A stretch of DNA of 64,000 nt from a virus. Made by a program: the position numbers and the translations under genes. Below are positions 50,938 through 61,743 of this stretch, one piece after another. Location: the IMG/VR virus record IMGVR_UViG_3300032224_001473, positions 2,489 to 66,488 of that record. One strand, given 5' to 3'. Within the stretch, counting starts at the first letter, position 1. Each line of letters starts with the position of its first letter. The notes under the pieces were generated by a model. The model did no database searches, was not told the origin of the DNA, and saw only the letters and a list, made by a program, of their open reading frames with translations.

Positions 50938-53900
50938 ATGGCAATACAGAGACCGAATTTATTGATAATTGGTAGTTTAGATTACAGCACAACTACACCT
51001 AACGAAATTTTTGTTTCAGGTAGTAGTTCATATAATGGCACTTATCAATCGTTTATTGGAACATTTACAATTGTACCTCAAACGGCCAATTACCCTAATA
51101 ATGAATATAATTACGGTCTATATACTGCTAACAATATACAATCTGGATTAAAATACGCTTTACCATCAGGTAAAATTTACGATGTAATTTCAGTTACAGG
51201 TGTCAGTGAATCTTCGGTGATAGTTGAATTAAGAGATACTGATTTACACATATATGCAAGTTCAAATTCAGTAATACCAAATAACTGGCCCGATGAAGGT
51301 CAAAATGGTATATTTTATGAATATGTAAATGGAGTTGCACAATTAGGTAATTTAGCAGAAAATCAAGGTTTTTTTACTGATTTAGGTTATTGGGTTGATG
51401 ATATATTTGCAGATTCAATCGGTAAGTTATCAATTAGTGGTGGTACTTCAGGTTCAGCGGGTACTGCAGGTTCTTCAGGAACTAGTGGTATAGATGGTTC
51501 ATCAGGTACAAGTGGTATTGATGGAACCAATGGTACGGACGGAACATCAGGTATAAGTGGTACAGATGGAACTAGCGGAACTAGTGGTGTTGATGGTGTA
51601 AGTGGTACAAGTGGAACTTCAGGAGTAGATGGAACAGATGGTTCTAGTGGTACTTCAGGAGTAGATGGAACAGATGGTTCTAGCGGTACATCAGGAGTTG
51701 ATGGTGTATCGGGTACATCAGGAACAAGTGGTTCTTCAGGGTCAACAGGTACATCAGGAACAAGTGGAATTAGTGGTGTGGATGGTGTATCAGGAACAAG
51801 TGGTACATCAGGAACTAGTGGTTCATCTGGAGATAGTCTATTTGCTCAAACAGGCTCTTTTTGGGCAACAACAAACAACATACAGATTACAGGTTCGTTA
51901 GATATCACCTCAACATTAGGTATAACTGACGCAAATATTATAATGACCGACAGTTCTTCATTATATATGACGAGCGGGTCAAACATCTACGTTAATGGAG
52001 GTATTATTAGTGGAGCTTACATTTATGGTGATGGTTCTAATTTAATAAACATACCAGCAAGTGGAGTTACAGGATTACAATTAAATCAAATCGTTAGTGG
52101 AAGTGCAACAGCATCTATTTCACCTGATGGATTTCAAATAAATGTACCAACATCAATAACAGGTGCATTAAACGTTGATGGTATTATTACGGCAAGACAA
52201 TTAAATATTGATTACGTAAGTTCTTCAATACTTTATACCTCAGGTTCAACCAAATTTGGTGATACTTCAGACGATACTCACGAATTTACTGGTTCATTAT
52301 TTATTAGTGGTTCGGTAAATATTTCAAGTGGTAGTTTATATATTGATGGTGTTGCATTTAGTGCAATGACATCGGGTACTAGTGGAACTGCTGGCACATC
52401 AGGTTCTAACGGTTCATCTGGTACAAGTGGTAGTAATGGTTCTTCAGGAACTAGTGGTTCAGATGGTAGTTCGGGTTCTTCAGGGTCTAATGGTTCATCA
52501 GGTTCTTCAGGTTCAGACGGTTCTTCAGGAACGTCAGGTTCTAGTGGAGCAACGGGAACTTCTGGTTCTGACGGATCTTCAGGTACTTCTGGTTCTGACG
52601 GATCTTCAGGTACTTCTGGTTCTGACGGATCTTCAGGTACTTCAGGTTCTGATGGAACTTCAGGTTCAGACGGATCGAGTGGAACTTCAGGTTCAGACGG
52701 ATCGAGTGGAACTTCAGGTTCAGACGGATCGAGTGGAACTTCAGGTTCAGACGGATCGAGTGGAACTTCAGGTAGTGATGGAACTTCAGGTAGTGATGGA
52801 ACTTCAGGTATTTCAGGGGTAGATGGAACTGACGGTTCATCTGGTACTTCAGGAACAAGTGGTAGTGACGGTACTTCAGGAACAAGTGGAGTTGATGGAG
52901 TTTCAGGAACAAGTGGTACTTCAGGTTCTAGTGGAGTAAATGGAACTTCAGGAACAGATGGTTCTTCAGGTACTAGTGGTTCAGACGGAACTTCAGGTAC
53001 TTCAGGAACAGATGGTACATCGGGTACTTCAGGAAGTGATGGTACAAGTGGAACATCGGGGACTAGTGGAGTTGATGGAGTTTCAGGAACAAGTGGAACA
53101 TCAGGTTCTAGTGGTAGTGATGGTACTAGTGGCACTAGTGGTACGTCAGGAACTAGTGGTAGTGATGGTACTAGTGGTACGTCAGGTTCTAGTGGTAGTG
53201 ATGGTACTAGCGGGTCAGACGGTACTTCAGGTACTAGTGGAGTTGATGGAGTTTCAGGAACAAGTGGTACATCAGGAACTGCAGGTACATCCGGATCAGA
53301 CGGTACATCAGGAGATAGTTTATTTACTGAAACAACACCAGGAACATGGACAACAACAAACAACGTTGAAATTACAGGAAGCTTAAAGATAACTTCTCAA
53401 TTAGGTGTTACTGATAGTAATATCATAATGACAGATAGTTCTTCATTATATTTAACAAGTGGTTCAAACATATATGTCGATGGTGGAATTATAAGTGGAG
53501 CTTACATCTACGGAGATGGTAGTCATTTGATTAACATACCGGCATCAGGTGTAACAGGATTACAATTAAATTTAATCAGTAGTGGTAGTAATACGGCTTC
53601 TATTGATTTAGACGGATTACATATTAATACGGATACTACAATTACAGGTTCATTAACGGTTAGTCATGGTACTAATGCGGTTAATTCTTTCTTGTATTTG
53701 ACAGATAGTAGTTCAATGATTTTAAATAGTGGTAGTAATATCATTATAGAAAACGGTGGTTATATTACTGCAGCCTTCTTTGGTGATGGTGCTGGTTTAT
53801 ATAATATACCAGCAAGTGGAGTTACAGGATTAGAATTAAATAAAATAGTAAGTGGATCGGTAAGTGCATCTATTCAATCTGACGGAACATTTAGGGTTAA

Positions 53901-56900
53901 TGGAAACACTTATATTGATGGTATACTAACTGCGAGAGAATTACATATGGACTATGTAACTTCTTCAGTTCTTTACACATCAGGTTCAAATAAATTTGGT
54001 AATACATCAGACGACACACATCAGTTTACAGGTTCAGTTTTTATATCAGGATCGGTTAATATTATAAGTGGTAGTCTTTCAATAGACGGTGTTTCATTCT
54101 CAGCAATGACATCAGGAACCAGTGGAACTAGTGGTTCTTCGGGTAGTAATGGTACATCGGGAACATCAGGAACAAGTGGTTCAGACGGTACTTCAGGAAC
54201 TAGTGGTAGTGATGGTACATCAGGTAGTGATGGTACTAGTGGAACTAGTGGTTCTTCGGGTAGTAATGGTTCTTCGGGAACTTCAGGTAGTGATGGTACT
54301 AGTGGAACTAGTGGTTCAGACGGTACAAGTGGTACATCAGGTAGCGATGGTTCTTCAGGAACTAGTGGTGTTGACGGTGTATCAGGAACAAGTGGAACTT
54401 CAGGTACGAGTGGTTCAGATGGTTCTTCAGGAACTAGTGGTTCAGACGGCACAAGTGGTACTTCAGGTTCAGACGGAACATCAGGATCAGATGGATCTTC
54501 AGGAACTAGTGGATCAGACGGTACTTCAGGAATTAGTGGATCAGATGGTACATCAGGTACTTCAGGTAGTGATGGTACATCGGGTATTTCAGGTGTAGAT
54601 GGTACTGACGGTAGTTCAGGTACTTCAGGTTCGGATGGTTCTAGCGGTACTAGTGGTGTTGATGGTGTATCAGGTACTTCAGGTACAAGTGGATCATCAG
54701 GTGCTACAGGTTCATCAGGAACTAGTGGTACTTCAGGAGTTGATGGGGTTTCGGGTACATCAGGAACAAGTGGCACATCGGGAAGTGCAGGTACTTCAGG
54801 ATCTAGCGGAGATAGTTTATTTGCTCTAACGGGTAGCGTTTGGGCAACAACAAATGATGTGGAAATTACGGGATCATTATCAATAACTTCCCAATTAGGA
54901 GTTGTTGATGCTAATATTATAATGACAGATAGTTCGTCATTATACATGACGAGTGGTTCAAACATATATGTAGATGGTGGAATAATAAGTGGTGCTTACA
55001 TTTACGGAGATGGTAGTCATTTGATTAACATTCCGGCAAGTGGAGTTACAGGATTACAATTAAATCTTATCAGTAGTGGTAGTAATACCGCCTCTATTGA
55101 TTTAGATGGTTTACATATTAATACTAACACATCGATCACAGGATCGTTGAATGTTAACGGAATTATTACGGCGAAAGAATTACATATTGATTATGTTACC
55201 TCTTCAGTAATGTATACATCAGGATCAACCAAATTTGGTGATACAATTGATGACACACACGAATTTACTGGTTCATTGTTTATTTCAGGTTCGGTTAATA
55301 TATCGAGCGGTAGTTTAATAATAGATGGGGTTTCATTCTCAGCAATGACATCAGGAACTTCAGGAACTGCTGGTACATCTGGTACTTCAGGTTCTAGTGG
55401 TTCATCTGGTACAAGTGGAACTTCAGGTTCTAGTGGTTCTTCAGGAACATCTGGTACATCAGGTTCTAGCGGTTCTTCAGGAACATCTGGTTCTAGCGGT
55501 AGTGATGGTTCTAGTGGTACTTCAGGTTCTAGCGGATCAGACGGAACTAGTGGAACCTCAGGTAGTAATGGTTCTAGTGGCACTTCAGGTACAAGTGGAT
55601 CTTCAGGAACTTCAGGAACTAGTGGATCCGATGGTTCATCAGGAACTAGTGGTACATCGGGTGTTGATGGAGTATCAGGAACAAGTGGAACTTCAGGTAC
55701 TAGTGGATCAGATGGTTCTTCAGGAACAAGTGGTACTAGTGGTTCATCAGGAACTAGTGGCACTTCAGGTACTAGTGGATCAGATGGTTCTTCAGGAACA
55801 TCTGGAACAAGTGGTACTTCGGGTACTTCTGGATCAGATGGTTCATCGGGAACTAGTGGTACTTCAGGATCTAGTGGATCATCAGGAACCGCCGGTACAT
55901 CAGGAACTTCAGGTTCCGATGGAACAAGTGGTACTTCAGGTACTTCTGGATCAGATGGTTCATCGGGATCTAGCGGTACTTCAGGAACTTCAGGAACTAG
56001 TGGTACATCGGGTGTTGATGGAGTTTCAGGAACAAGTGGAACAGCAGGAACAAGTGGTTCTTCAGGAGATAGTTTATTTAGTGAAGTAACTGCTGGAGTT
56101 TGGACAACAACAAATGATGTATTAATTACGGGTTCTTTATATGTTTCAAATACAGTTCATGCGGAATCAGGTTCATTTAATTATATCCATACAATATATG
56201 AAACATCTTCAGTAATATATAGTAGTGGATCAACTAAATTTGGAGATACATTTGATGATACACACACATTTACGGGATCGATTAATATTACAGGATCAAT
56301 AACATTGAATGGTCAAGCGATCGGTACGGGTAAGTTAGATGAAATAGCATTCAATGCATATACATCTTCAGTTACTTCATCATTTGCAGGTACATCATCA
56401 TATGCTATTTACGCGGAAAATGCAGTAATTGTATCGGGAGCTAATAAACAATTATACGTTTCTTCACCCGCAACAACTTGGTCTTTCACACATAATTTAC
56501 ATGAAAGATATCCTGTTATAAATGTTTTTGACGATAACGGTTACATTGTTGTACCTGAAACTATCAGATCAATTGATCAAGATAATATTGAAGTATATTT
56601 TAATGTCGCAACAGCGGGACATGTAGTTGCTTCAGTTGGTGGTGCTGGTACAAGTGGAACATCAGGTTCCGCAGGTACAAGTGGATCAGATGGTTCTTCA
56701 GGAACTAGTGGTAGTGATGGATCTAGCGGAACATCAGGTTCTAACGGATCTAGTGGAACGTCAGGAAGTGATGGTTCATCAGGAACTAGTGGTAGTGATG
56801 GTTCATCAGGAACTAGTGGTAGTGATGGTTCATCAGGAACTAGCGGTAGTGACGGTACATCGGGTACATCAGGATCAGACGGATCTAGTGGAACATCAGG

Positions 56901-57915
56901 TAGTGATGGTTCATCAGGTACATCAGGATCAGACGGATCTAGTGGAACTTCAGGTTCAGATGGAACATCAGGAAGTGATGGTAGTTCAGGTACTTCAGGT
57001 TCAGATGGTACATCAGGTTCTAATGGTACAGATGGTACTTCAGGTTCTAATGGTACAGATGGTACATCAGGAACGTCAGGTTCTAGCGGTACGTCAGGAG
57101 TTGATGGTGTATCAGGAACAAGTGGAACATCAGGAACGGCAGGAACAAGTGGAACAGCAGGGTCTTCAGGATCAAGCGGAGATAGTCTATTTGCACAAAC
57201 AGGTTCATATTGGGCAACAACAAACGATATTCAAATTACTGGTTCATTAGATATAACATCTCAATTAGGGGTGGTAGATTCTAATGTTATAATGACAGAT
57301 AATTCATCATTGTATTTAACAAGTGGATCTAATTTACATGTTTTCAATGGTCTTGTTGATTTAACAAATAGTGATTTAGAAATTAATACAGGTAATTTAA
57401 CCGTAAATAACGGAACTATTAGTGGTTCATTTACAGGTGATGGTGCAGGATTATATAACATTCCATCATCAGGAATTACAGGACTTAACTTAGATAGAAT
57501 TGTTAGTGGAAGTGTAAGTGCATCATTGGCGGATGGAAAATTAAAAGTTAATACAGATGTAGTAATTGATGGTACGATCACAGCAAAAGAATTACGTATT
57601 GATTATGTAACATCTTCAATTCTTTATCAATCAGGGTCAACAAAGTTCGGTGATACATTAGATGATAATCATAATTTTACAGGTTCATTACGTACAACAG
57701 GTTCAGTTATTATTGATGGAGATTTAATAGTACGTGGAACAACAACTTTAACATCAACCGATCTATTAAGAGAATCTTTAATCATATCAGGAGCAATGGC
57801 AATAATGAATGCTCAAATTCAAGCTCAAATGGTTTCTGCGTCATTATCAATGCAAGGGCAGGTGGTAATTATTCAACAAGGAAACGTTGATGTGATGGAT
57901 TTGGGTGGATTTTAA
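50938..57915 (+). CDS. Giant collagen-like fibre protein 2 (2325 aa)
   Basis: Five GTS/GSD tracts, each followed by a related GDSLF..TG.W.TTN...YTSGSTKFGD..DDTH.FTGS module. Confidence 0.8.
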   Translation: MAIQRPNLLIIGSLDYSTTTPNEIFVSGSSSYNGTYQSFIGTFTIVPQTANYPNNEYNYGLYTANNIQSGLKYALPSGKIYDVISVTGVSESSVIVELRDTDLHIYASSNSVIPNNWPDEGQNGIFYEYVNGVAQLGNLAENQGFFTDLGYWVDDIFADSIGKLSISGGTSGSAGTAGSSGTSGIDGSSGTSGIDGTNGTDGTSGISGTDGTSGTSGVDGVSGTSGTSGVDGTDGSSGTSGVDGTDGSSGTSGVDGVSGTSGTSGSSGSTGTSGTSGISGVDGVSGTSGTSGTSGSSGDSLFAQTGSFWATTNNIQITGSLDITSTLGITDANIIMTDSSSLYMTSGSNIYVNGGIISGAYIYGDGSNLINIPASGVTGLQLNQIVSGSATASISPDGFQINVPTSITGALNVDGIITARQLNIDYVSSSILYTSGSTKFGDTSDDTHEFTGSLFISGSVNISSGSLYIDGVAFSAMTSGTSGTAGTSGSNGSSGTSGSNGSSGTSGSDGSSGSSGSNGSSGSSGSDGSSGTSGSSGATGTSGSDGSSGTSGSDGSSGTSGSDGSSGTSGSDGTSGSDGSSGTSGSDGSSGTSGSDGSSGTSGSDGSSGTSGSDGTSGSDGTSGISGVDGTDGSSGTSGTSGSDGTSGTSGVDGVSGTSGTSGSSGVNGTSGTDGSSGTSGSDGTSGTSGTDGTSGTSGSDGTSGTSGTSGVDGVSGTSGTSGSSGSDGTSGTSGTSGTSGSDGTSGTSGSSGSDGTSGSDGTSGTSGVDGVSGTSGTSGTAGTSGSDGTSGDSLFTETTPGTWTTTNNVEITGSLKITSQLGVTDSNIIMTDSSSLYLTSGSNIYVDGGIISGAYIYGDGSHLINIPASGVTGLQLNLISSGSNTASIDLDGLHINTDTTITGSLTVSHGTNAVNSFLYLTDSSSMILNSGSNIIIENGGYITAAFFGDGAGLYNIPASGVTGLELNKIVSGSVSASIQSDGTFRVNGNTYIDGILTARELHMDYVTSSVLYTSGSNKFGNTSDDTHQFTGSVFISGSVNIISGSLSIDGVSFSAMTSGTSGTSGSSGSNGTSGTSGTSGSDGTSGTSGSDGTSGSDGTSGTSGSSGSNGSSGTSGSDGTSGTSGSDGTSGTSGSDGSSGTSGVDGVSGTSGTSGTSGSDGSSGTSGSDGTSGTSGSDGTSGSDGSSGTSGSDGTSGISGSDGTSGTSGSDGTSGISGVDGTDGSSGTSGSDGSSGTSGVDGVSGTSGTSGSSGATGSSGTSGTSGVDGVSGTSGTSGTSGSAGTSGSSGDSLFALTGSVWATTNDVEITGSLSITSQLGVVDANIIMTDSSSLYMTSGSNIYVDGGIISGAYIYGDGSHLINIPASGVTGLQLNLISSGSNTASIDLDGLHINTNTSITGSLNVNGIITAKELHIDYVTSSVMYTSGSTKFGDTIDDTHEFTGSLFISGSVNISSGSLIIDGVSFSAMTSGTSGTAGTSGTSGSSGSSGTSGTSGSSGSSGTSGTSGSSGSSGTSGSSGSDGSSGTSGSSGSDGTSGTSGSNGSSGTSGTSGSSGTSGTSGSDGSSGTSGTSGVDGVSGTSGTSGTSGSDGSSGTSGTSGSSGTSGTSGTSGSDGSSGTSGTSGTSGTSGSDGSSGTSGTSGSSGSSGTAGTSGTSGSDGTSGTSGTSGSDGSSGSSGTSGTSGTSGTSGVDGVSGTSGTAGTSGSSGDSLFSEVTAGVWTTTNDVLITGSLYVSNTVHAESGSFNYIHTIYETSSVIYSSGSTKFGDTFDDTHTFTGSINITGSITLNGQAIGTGKLDEIAFNAYTSSVTSSFAGTSSYAIYAENAVIVSGANKQLYVSSPATTWSFTHNLHERYPVINVFDDNGYIVVPETIRSIDQDNIEVYFNVATAGHVVASVGGAGTSGTSGSAGTSGSDGSSGTSGSDGSSGTSGSNGSSGTSGSDGSSGTSGSDGSSGTSGSDGSSGTSGSDGTSGTSGSDGSSGTSGSDGSSGTSGSDGSSGTSGSDGTSGSDGSSGTSGSDGTSGSNGTDGTSGSNGTDGTSGTSGSSGTSGVDGVSGTSGTSGTAGTSGTAGSSGSSGDSLFAQTGSYWATTNDIQITGSLDITSQLGVVDSNVIMTDNSSLYLTSGSNLHVFNGLVDLTNSDLEINTGNLTVNNGTISGSFTGDGAGLYNIPSSGITGLNLDRIVSGSVSASLADGKLKVNTDVVIDGTITAKELRIDYVTSSILYQSGSTKFGDTLDDNHNFTGSLRTTGSVIIDGDLIVRGTTTLTSTDLLRESLIISGAMAIMNAQIQAQMVSASLSMQGQVVIIQQGNVDVMDLGGF
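52558..52761 (+). repeat. Perfect 27-bp tandem repeats
   Basis: acttctggttctgacggatcttcaggt x3 (52558-52638) and ggaacttcaggttcagacggatcgagt x4 (52654-52761). Confidence 0.9.
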
Positions 57916-58016
57916 AAAAAAACAAATTAGTAATAAAAATATATTGAAAAATAATAGAAATAACTCGGTAGATGTAATAAAACACACTATTTATAAACAA
58001 AACAAACACAAAGTAG

Positions 58017-61000
58017 ATGGCACAAATCATTAAACACAGGAGGGGTTCGATATCGGCCCTCAAACTTACAACAGCTAGAAATGGTGAATTAATCATCGCA
58101 ACCGGTTCGGTTGGTAATTTACAAGGACCTTTCATTTTTATCGGTTCACCTGTATTATCAGACGAAGGAGTTGCTGGAGCATTCAATGCGGTATCTAAAA
58201 TATACCAAGGGTCAACCGCACCTACAATTTCCGCTGGTACATATGGTTCTGGATTAGATGGTACACCATTCTACTCTAGTACAGATCATAAATTATACAT
58301 ATTAAACAATGATAATATTGGTAATACCTCCATGAATTTGGTTGGTAACATTGAAGGTAATACCATCAGTGGTGTTACAATTACTAATTTAACAGGTACA
58401 ACTGCAACGTTTAGTAGTCAAGTAAATGTAAGTGGTTCGTTAAATGTTACGGGTAGCTTATATATAAACGGAACATCATACACCGCTGCAACTTCAGGTA
58501 CTTCAGGTTCTTCAGGATCTAGTGGTTCATCAGGAACTGCAGGTACATCAGGTAGTTCAGGTTCTTCAGGTTCTAGTGGTTCTTCAGGAACAGCAGGTAC
58601 ATCAGGTTCTTCAGGATCTAGTGGTACGTCAGGTTCTTCTGGAACTGCGGGTACATCAGGTAGTTCAGGTTCATCAGGGTCTAGTGGTTCATCAGGTACC
58701 GCAGGTACATCAGGAACTAGTGGTAGTGATGGTTCATCAGGATCTTCAGGTTCTTCAGGAACATCAGGTTCTTCAGGAACGGCAGGAACTTCAGGATCTA
58801 GTGGTTCATCAGGAACATCAGGATCTAGCGGTTCTTCAGGAACAGCAGGTACTTCAGGTTCATCAGGAACAGCAGGTACTTCAGGTTCTTCAGGATCTAG
58901 TGGTTCATCAGGAACTGCAGGTACATCAGGTACATCAGGTTCATCAGGTAGTGATGGTTCATCAGGTTCTAGTGGTTCATCAGGAACTGCAGGTACATCA
59001 GGTACATCAGGATCAAGTGGTAGTAATGGATCATCGGGTTCTTCTGGTTCTGCAGGTACATCAGGTTCTTCAGGATCATCGGGTACTTCAGGTTCATCAG
59101 GAACTGCAGGTACATCAGGTTCTTCAGGATCTAGTGGTTCAAGTGGTTCTTCAGGAACTGCAGGTTCTTCAGGAACGGCAGGTACTTCAGGAACGGCAGG
59201 AACATCAGGTTCTTCAGGAGATAGTTTATTTGCTTTAACAGGTTCAATATGGTCAACAACAAATCCAGTAAGAGTAGTTGGAGCGGTAACCGCTTCAATT
59301 GTTTCATCTTCATTTGTAGGTGACGGTCAAGGATTATATAATATTCCTGCAAGTGGAGTTACAGGATTACAATTAAATAAAATTGTAAGTGGTTCAGTAA
59401 GTGCATCAATTTTATCTGATGGAACATTCAGAGTAAATGGTGATACATTTATCAATGGTATTTTAACTGCAAAACAATTAAATATTGATTACGTAAGTTC
59501 TTCGATAATGTATACATCGGGTTCAACCAAATTTGGTGATACCAATGATGATACACATGATTTCACGGGTAGTGTTAATATCACAGGTTCATTAAAATTG
59601 AATGGTGTAACAGTTGGAACGGGTAAATTAGATGAAACAGCGTTCAATACATATGTTTCAGGTTCAAATTCTCAATTTGGTGGAACATCATCATTTGCAG
59701 TTTCTTCATCATATGCGGTATACGCTGAAAACGCAGTTATTGTTTCAGGTCAAACTAAAACATTAGTAATTGGTTCAGCATCAACAACATGGTCATTCAA
59801 CCACAATTTAGGATACAAATATCCTGCAATTAATGTGTTTGACGGTTCAGATAGAGTTGTTATACCAACAGAAATTGAAGTTATTGATAGTAATAATTTA
59901 AAAGTATACTTTAACGAAGCTCAAACGGGTACAGTAATTGCCACTATTGGTGGTAATGGTTCATCAGGTACAAGTGGATCAGGTGGTACTTCAGGTTCTT
60001 CAGGATCTGCGGGTACATCAGGTACTTCAGGTTCTTCAGGATCTAGTGGAACATCGGGATCTAGTGGTTCTTCAGGTTCTTCAGGATCTAGTGGAACATC
60101 GGGATCTAGTGGTTCTTCAGGAACAGCAGGTACTTCAGGTTCATCAGGTTCAAACGGTTCTTCAGGTTCTAGTGGTTCTTCAGGAACAGCAGGTACTTCA
60201 GGAACAAGTGGATCTAGTGGTTCATCAGGTACAAGTGGTTCATCAGGATCTAGCGGTTCTTCAGGAACAGCAGGAACTTCAGGATCTAGTGGTTCATCAG
60301 GTTCATCAGGAACAGCAGGTACATCAGGTTCTTCAGGAACGGCAGGTACTTCAGGATCTAGTGGTAGTGATGGTTCATCAGGATCTTCAGGAACGTCAGG
60401 TTCATCAGGTTCTTCAGGAACAGCAGGTACTTCAGGTTCATCAGGTTCTTCAGGGTCTAGCGGTTCTTCAGGAACTGCGGGTACATCAGGAACTAGTGGT
60501 AGTAATGGTTCATCAGGTTCTTCAGGAACAGCAGGTACATCAGGATCTAGTGGTTCATCAGGAACTTCAGGATCTAGCGGTTCTTCAGGAACAGCAGGTA
60601 CTTCAGGTAGTTCAGGAACTTCAGGATCTAGCGGTTCTTCAGGAACAGCAGGTACTTCAGGTAGTTCAGGAACAGCAGGTACTTCAGGTTCTTCAGGATC
60701 AAGTGGTTCATCAGGAACATCGGGTTCTTCAGGGTCAAGTGGTTCTTCAGGTTCTTCAGGAGATAGTATATTCGCTTTAACAGGATCAGTTTGGGAAACA
60801 AACTTAAGTGTTAAATTTAACCAACCAGTAACTTCTTCTATATTCACAGGTTCATTTAAAGGTGATGGTGCAGGACTTTATAATATACCGGCAAGTGGTG
60901 TAACAGGATTACAATTAGACAAAATTGCAAGTGGTGCGGTAACAGCATCGGTAACTTCAGCAGGTCTACAAGTTAATTCTAACACATCAATTACAGGTTC

Positions 61001-61655
61001 ATTAACGGTAAGTTCAGGTTCAGCAACAATGTTAGGTGGTAATTTATTTGTATCAGGAAACTTACAAGTATTAGGTTCATCAACAAATGTAAGTATCCAA
61101 TCAAGTACAGTTGCAATCGGTGATAATATCATCTTAGTAAACGCTTACTCACCATTCCAAAGATACGCAGGTATCAGTGGATATGATTCAGGTTCAGCGG
61201 ATCAATCAGGATCATTATTATGGGATTCTACTAATAACAAATGGTTAACAGTTGATGGTTCAAATAACTCAAGTAAAGTAATTGGAACAACTACAGGTAC
61301 ATTAGGAAGTGAAACAAGTTTAACAAGTGGAAATTTCCCAATCGCATCAGCTGATAACACAATAGGTAATAGTTTATTAACATACTCAGGTACAACGTTA
61401 CAATTCAATACAGATAAATTCACAGTTGAATCAGTATCAGGTAATACGGTTGTAGCGGGTACATTAAAAGTATCAACTAACGGTAGTGATTTGATAAGTA
61501 GTACGAGATCAAATGTTACATTCAAAAATGCGAATGACATATTTGGTGAAGTACCAACAACAGATACAACAGATACAGTTAATACAATATTAGGTTATCG
61601 AACATCAGACGGTCAATTGACATTCACAAATACAATAGACGGAGGAACATTCTAA
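58017..61655 (+). CDS. Collagen-like fibre protein 3 with an Mtd-N-like N-terminus
   Basis: MAQIIKHRRGS...GELII N-terminus, two GSS/GTA tracts, modules shared with fibre 2, and a C-terminal IDGGTF. Confidence 0.78.
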   Translation: MAQIIKHRRGSISALKLTTARNGELIIATGSVGNLQGPFIFIGSPVLSDEGVAGAFNAVSKIYQGSTAPTISAGTYGSGLDGTPFYSSTDHKLYILNNDNIGNTSMNLVGNIEGNTISGVTITNLTGTTATFSSQVNVSGSLNVTGSLYINGTSYTAATSGTSGSSGSSGSSGTAGTSGSSGSSGSSGSSGTAGTSGSSGSSGTSGSSGTAGTSGSSGSSGSSGSSGTAGTSGTSGSDGSSGSSGSSGTSGSSGTAGTSGSSGSSGTSGSSGSSGTAGTSGSSGTAGTSGSSGSSGSSGTAGTSGTSGSSGSDGSSGSSGSSGTAGTSGTSGSSGSNGSSGSSGSAGTSGSSGSSGTSGSSGTAGTSGSSGSSGSSGSSGTAGSSGTAGTSGTAGTSGSSGDSLFALTGSIWSTTNPVRVVGAVTASIVSSSFVGDGQGLYNIPASGVTGLQLNKIVSGSVSASILSDGTFRVNGDTFINGILTAKQLNIDYVSSSIMYTSGSTKFGDTNDDTHDFTGSVNITGSLKLNGVTVGTGKLDETAFNTYVSGSNSQFGGTSSFAVSSSYAVYAENAVIVSGQTKTLVIGSASTTWSFNHNLGYKYPAINVFDGSDRVVIPTEIEVIDSNNLKVYFNEAQTGTVIATIGGNGSSGTSGSGGTSGSSGSAGTSGTSGSSGSSGTSGSSGSSGSSGSSGTSGSSGSSGTAGTSGSSGSNGSSGSSGSSGTAGTSGTSGSSGSSGTSGSSGSSGSSGTAGTSGSSGSSGSSGTAGTSGSSGTAGTSGSSGSDGSSGSSGTSGSSGSSGTAGTSGSSGSSGSSGSSGTAGTSGTSGSNGSSGSSGTAGTSGSSGSSGTSGSSGSSGTAGTSGSSGTSGSSGSSGTAGTSGSSGTAGTSGSSGSSGSSGTSGSSGSSGSSGSSGDSIFALTGSVWETNLSVKFNQPVTSSIFTGSFKGDGAGLYNIPASGVTGLQLDKIASGAVTASVTSAGLQVNSNTSITGSLTVSSGSATMLGGNLFVSGNLQVLGSSTNVSIQSSTVAIGDNIILVNAYSPFQRYAGISGYDSGSADQSGSLLWDSTNNKWLTVDGSNNSSKVIGTTTGTLGSETSLTSGNFPIASADNTIGNSLLTYSGTTLQFNTDKFTVESVSGNTVVAGTLKVSTNGSDLISSTRSNVTFKNANDIFGEVPTTDTTDTVNTILGYRTSDGQLTFTNTIDGGTF

Positions 61656-61674
61656 AAAACATAATAAAAAAATT

Positions 61675-61708
61675 AAAAGGAAGACCTAAAAAATCTTCCT
61701 TTTTTTTT
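61675..61708 (+). terminator. Rho-independent terminator
   Basis: AAAAGGAAGA-loop-TCTTCCTTTT followed by a T run. Confidence 0.8.
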
Positions 61709-61743
61709 ATCTTATTAGAAAAATAAACTATTTATAGAGTATT

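Noticed and set aside
52558-52761. 27-bp repeats resembling a CRISPR array
   Set aside because: Head-to-tail with no spacers, in frame within a CDS, and no cas genes nearby.
58017-58200. Mtd-N-like N-terminus suggesting a diversity-generating retroelement target
   Set aside because: No reverse transcriptase and no template/variable repeat pair with adenine-specific mismatches seen in this window. The domain is a common fibre attachment module.
48899-60847. Many long alternative-frame and antisense ORFs (VPEVP-, QVLQV- and LMNL-rich) over the fibre genes
   Set aside because: Shadows of the Gly-X-Ser codon repeats, which lack stops in other frames. No independent start signals.
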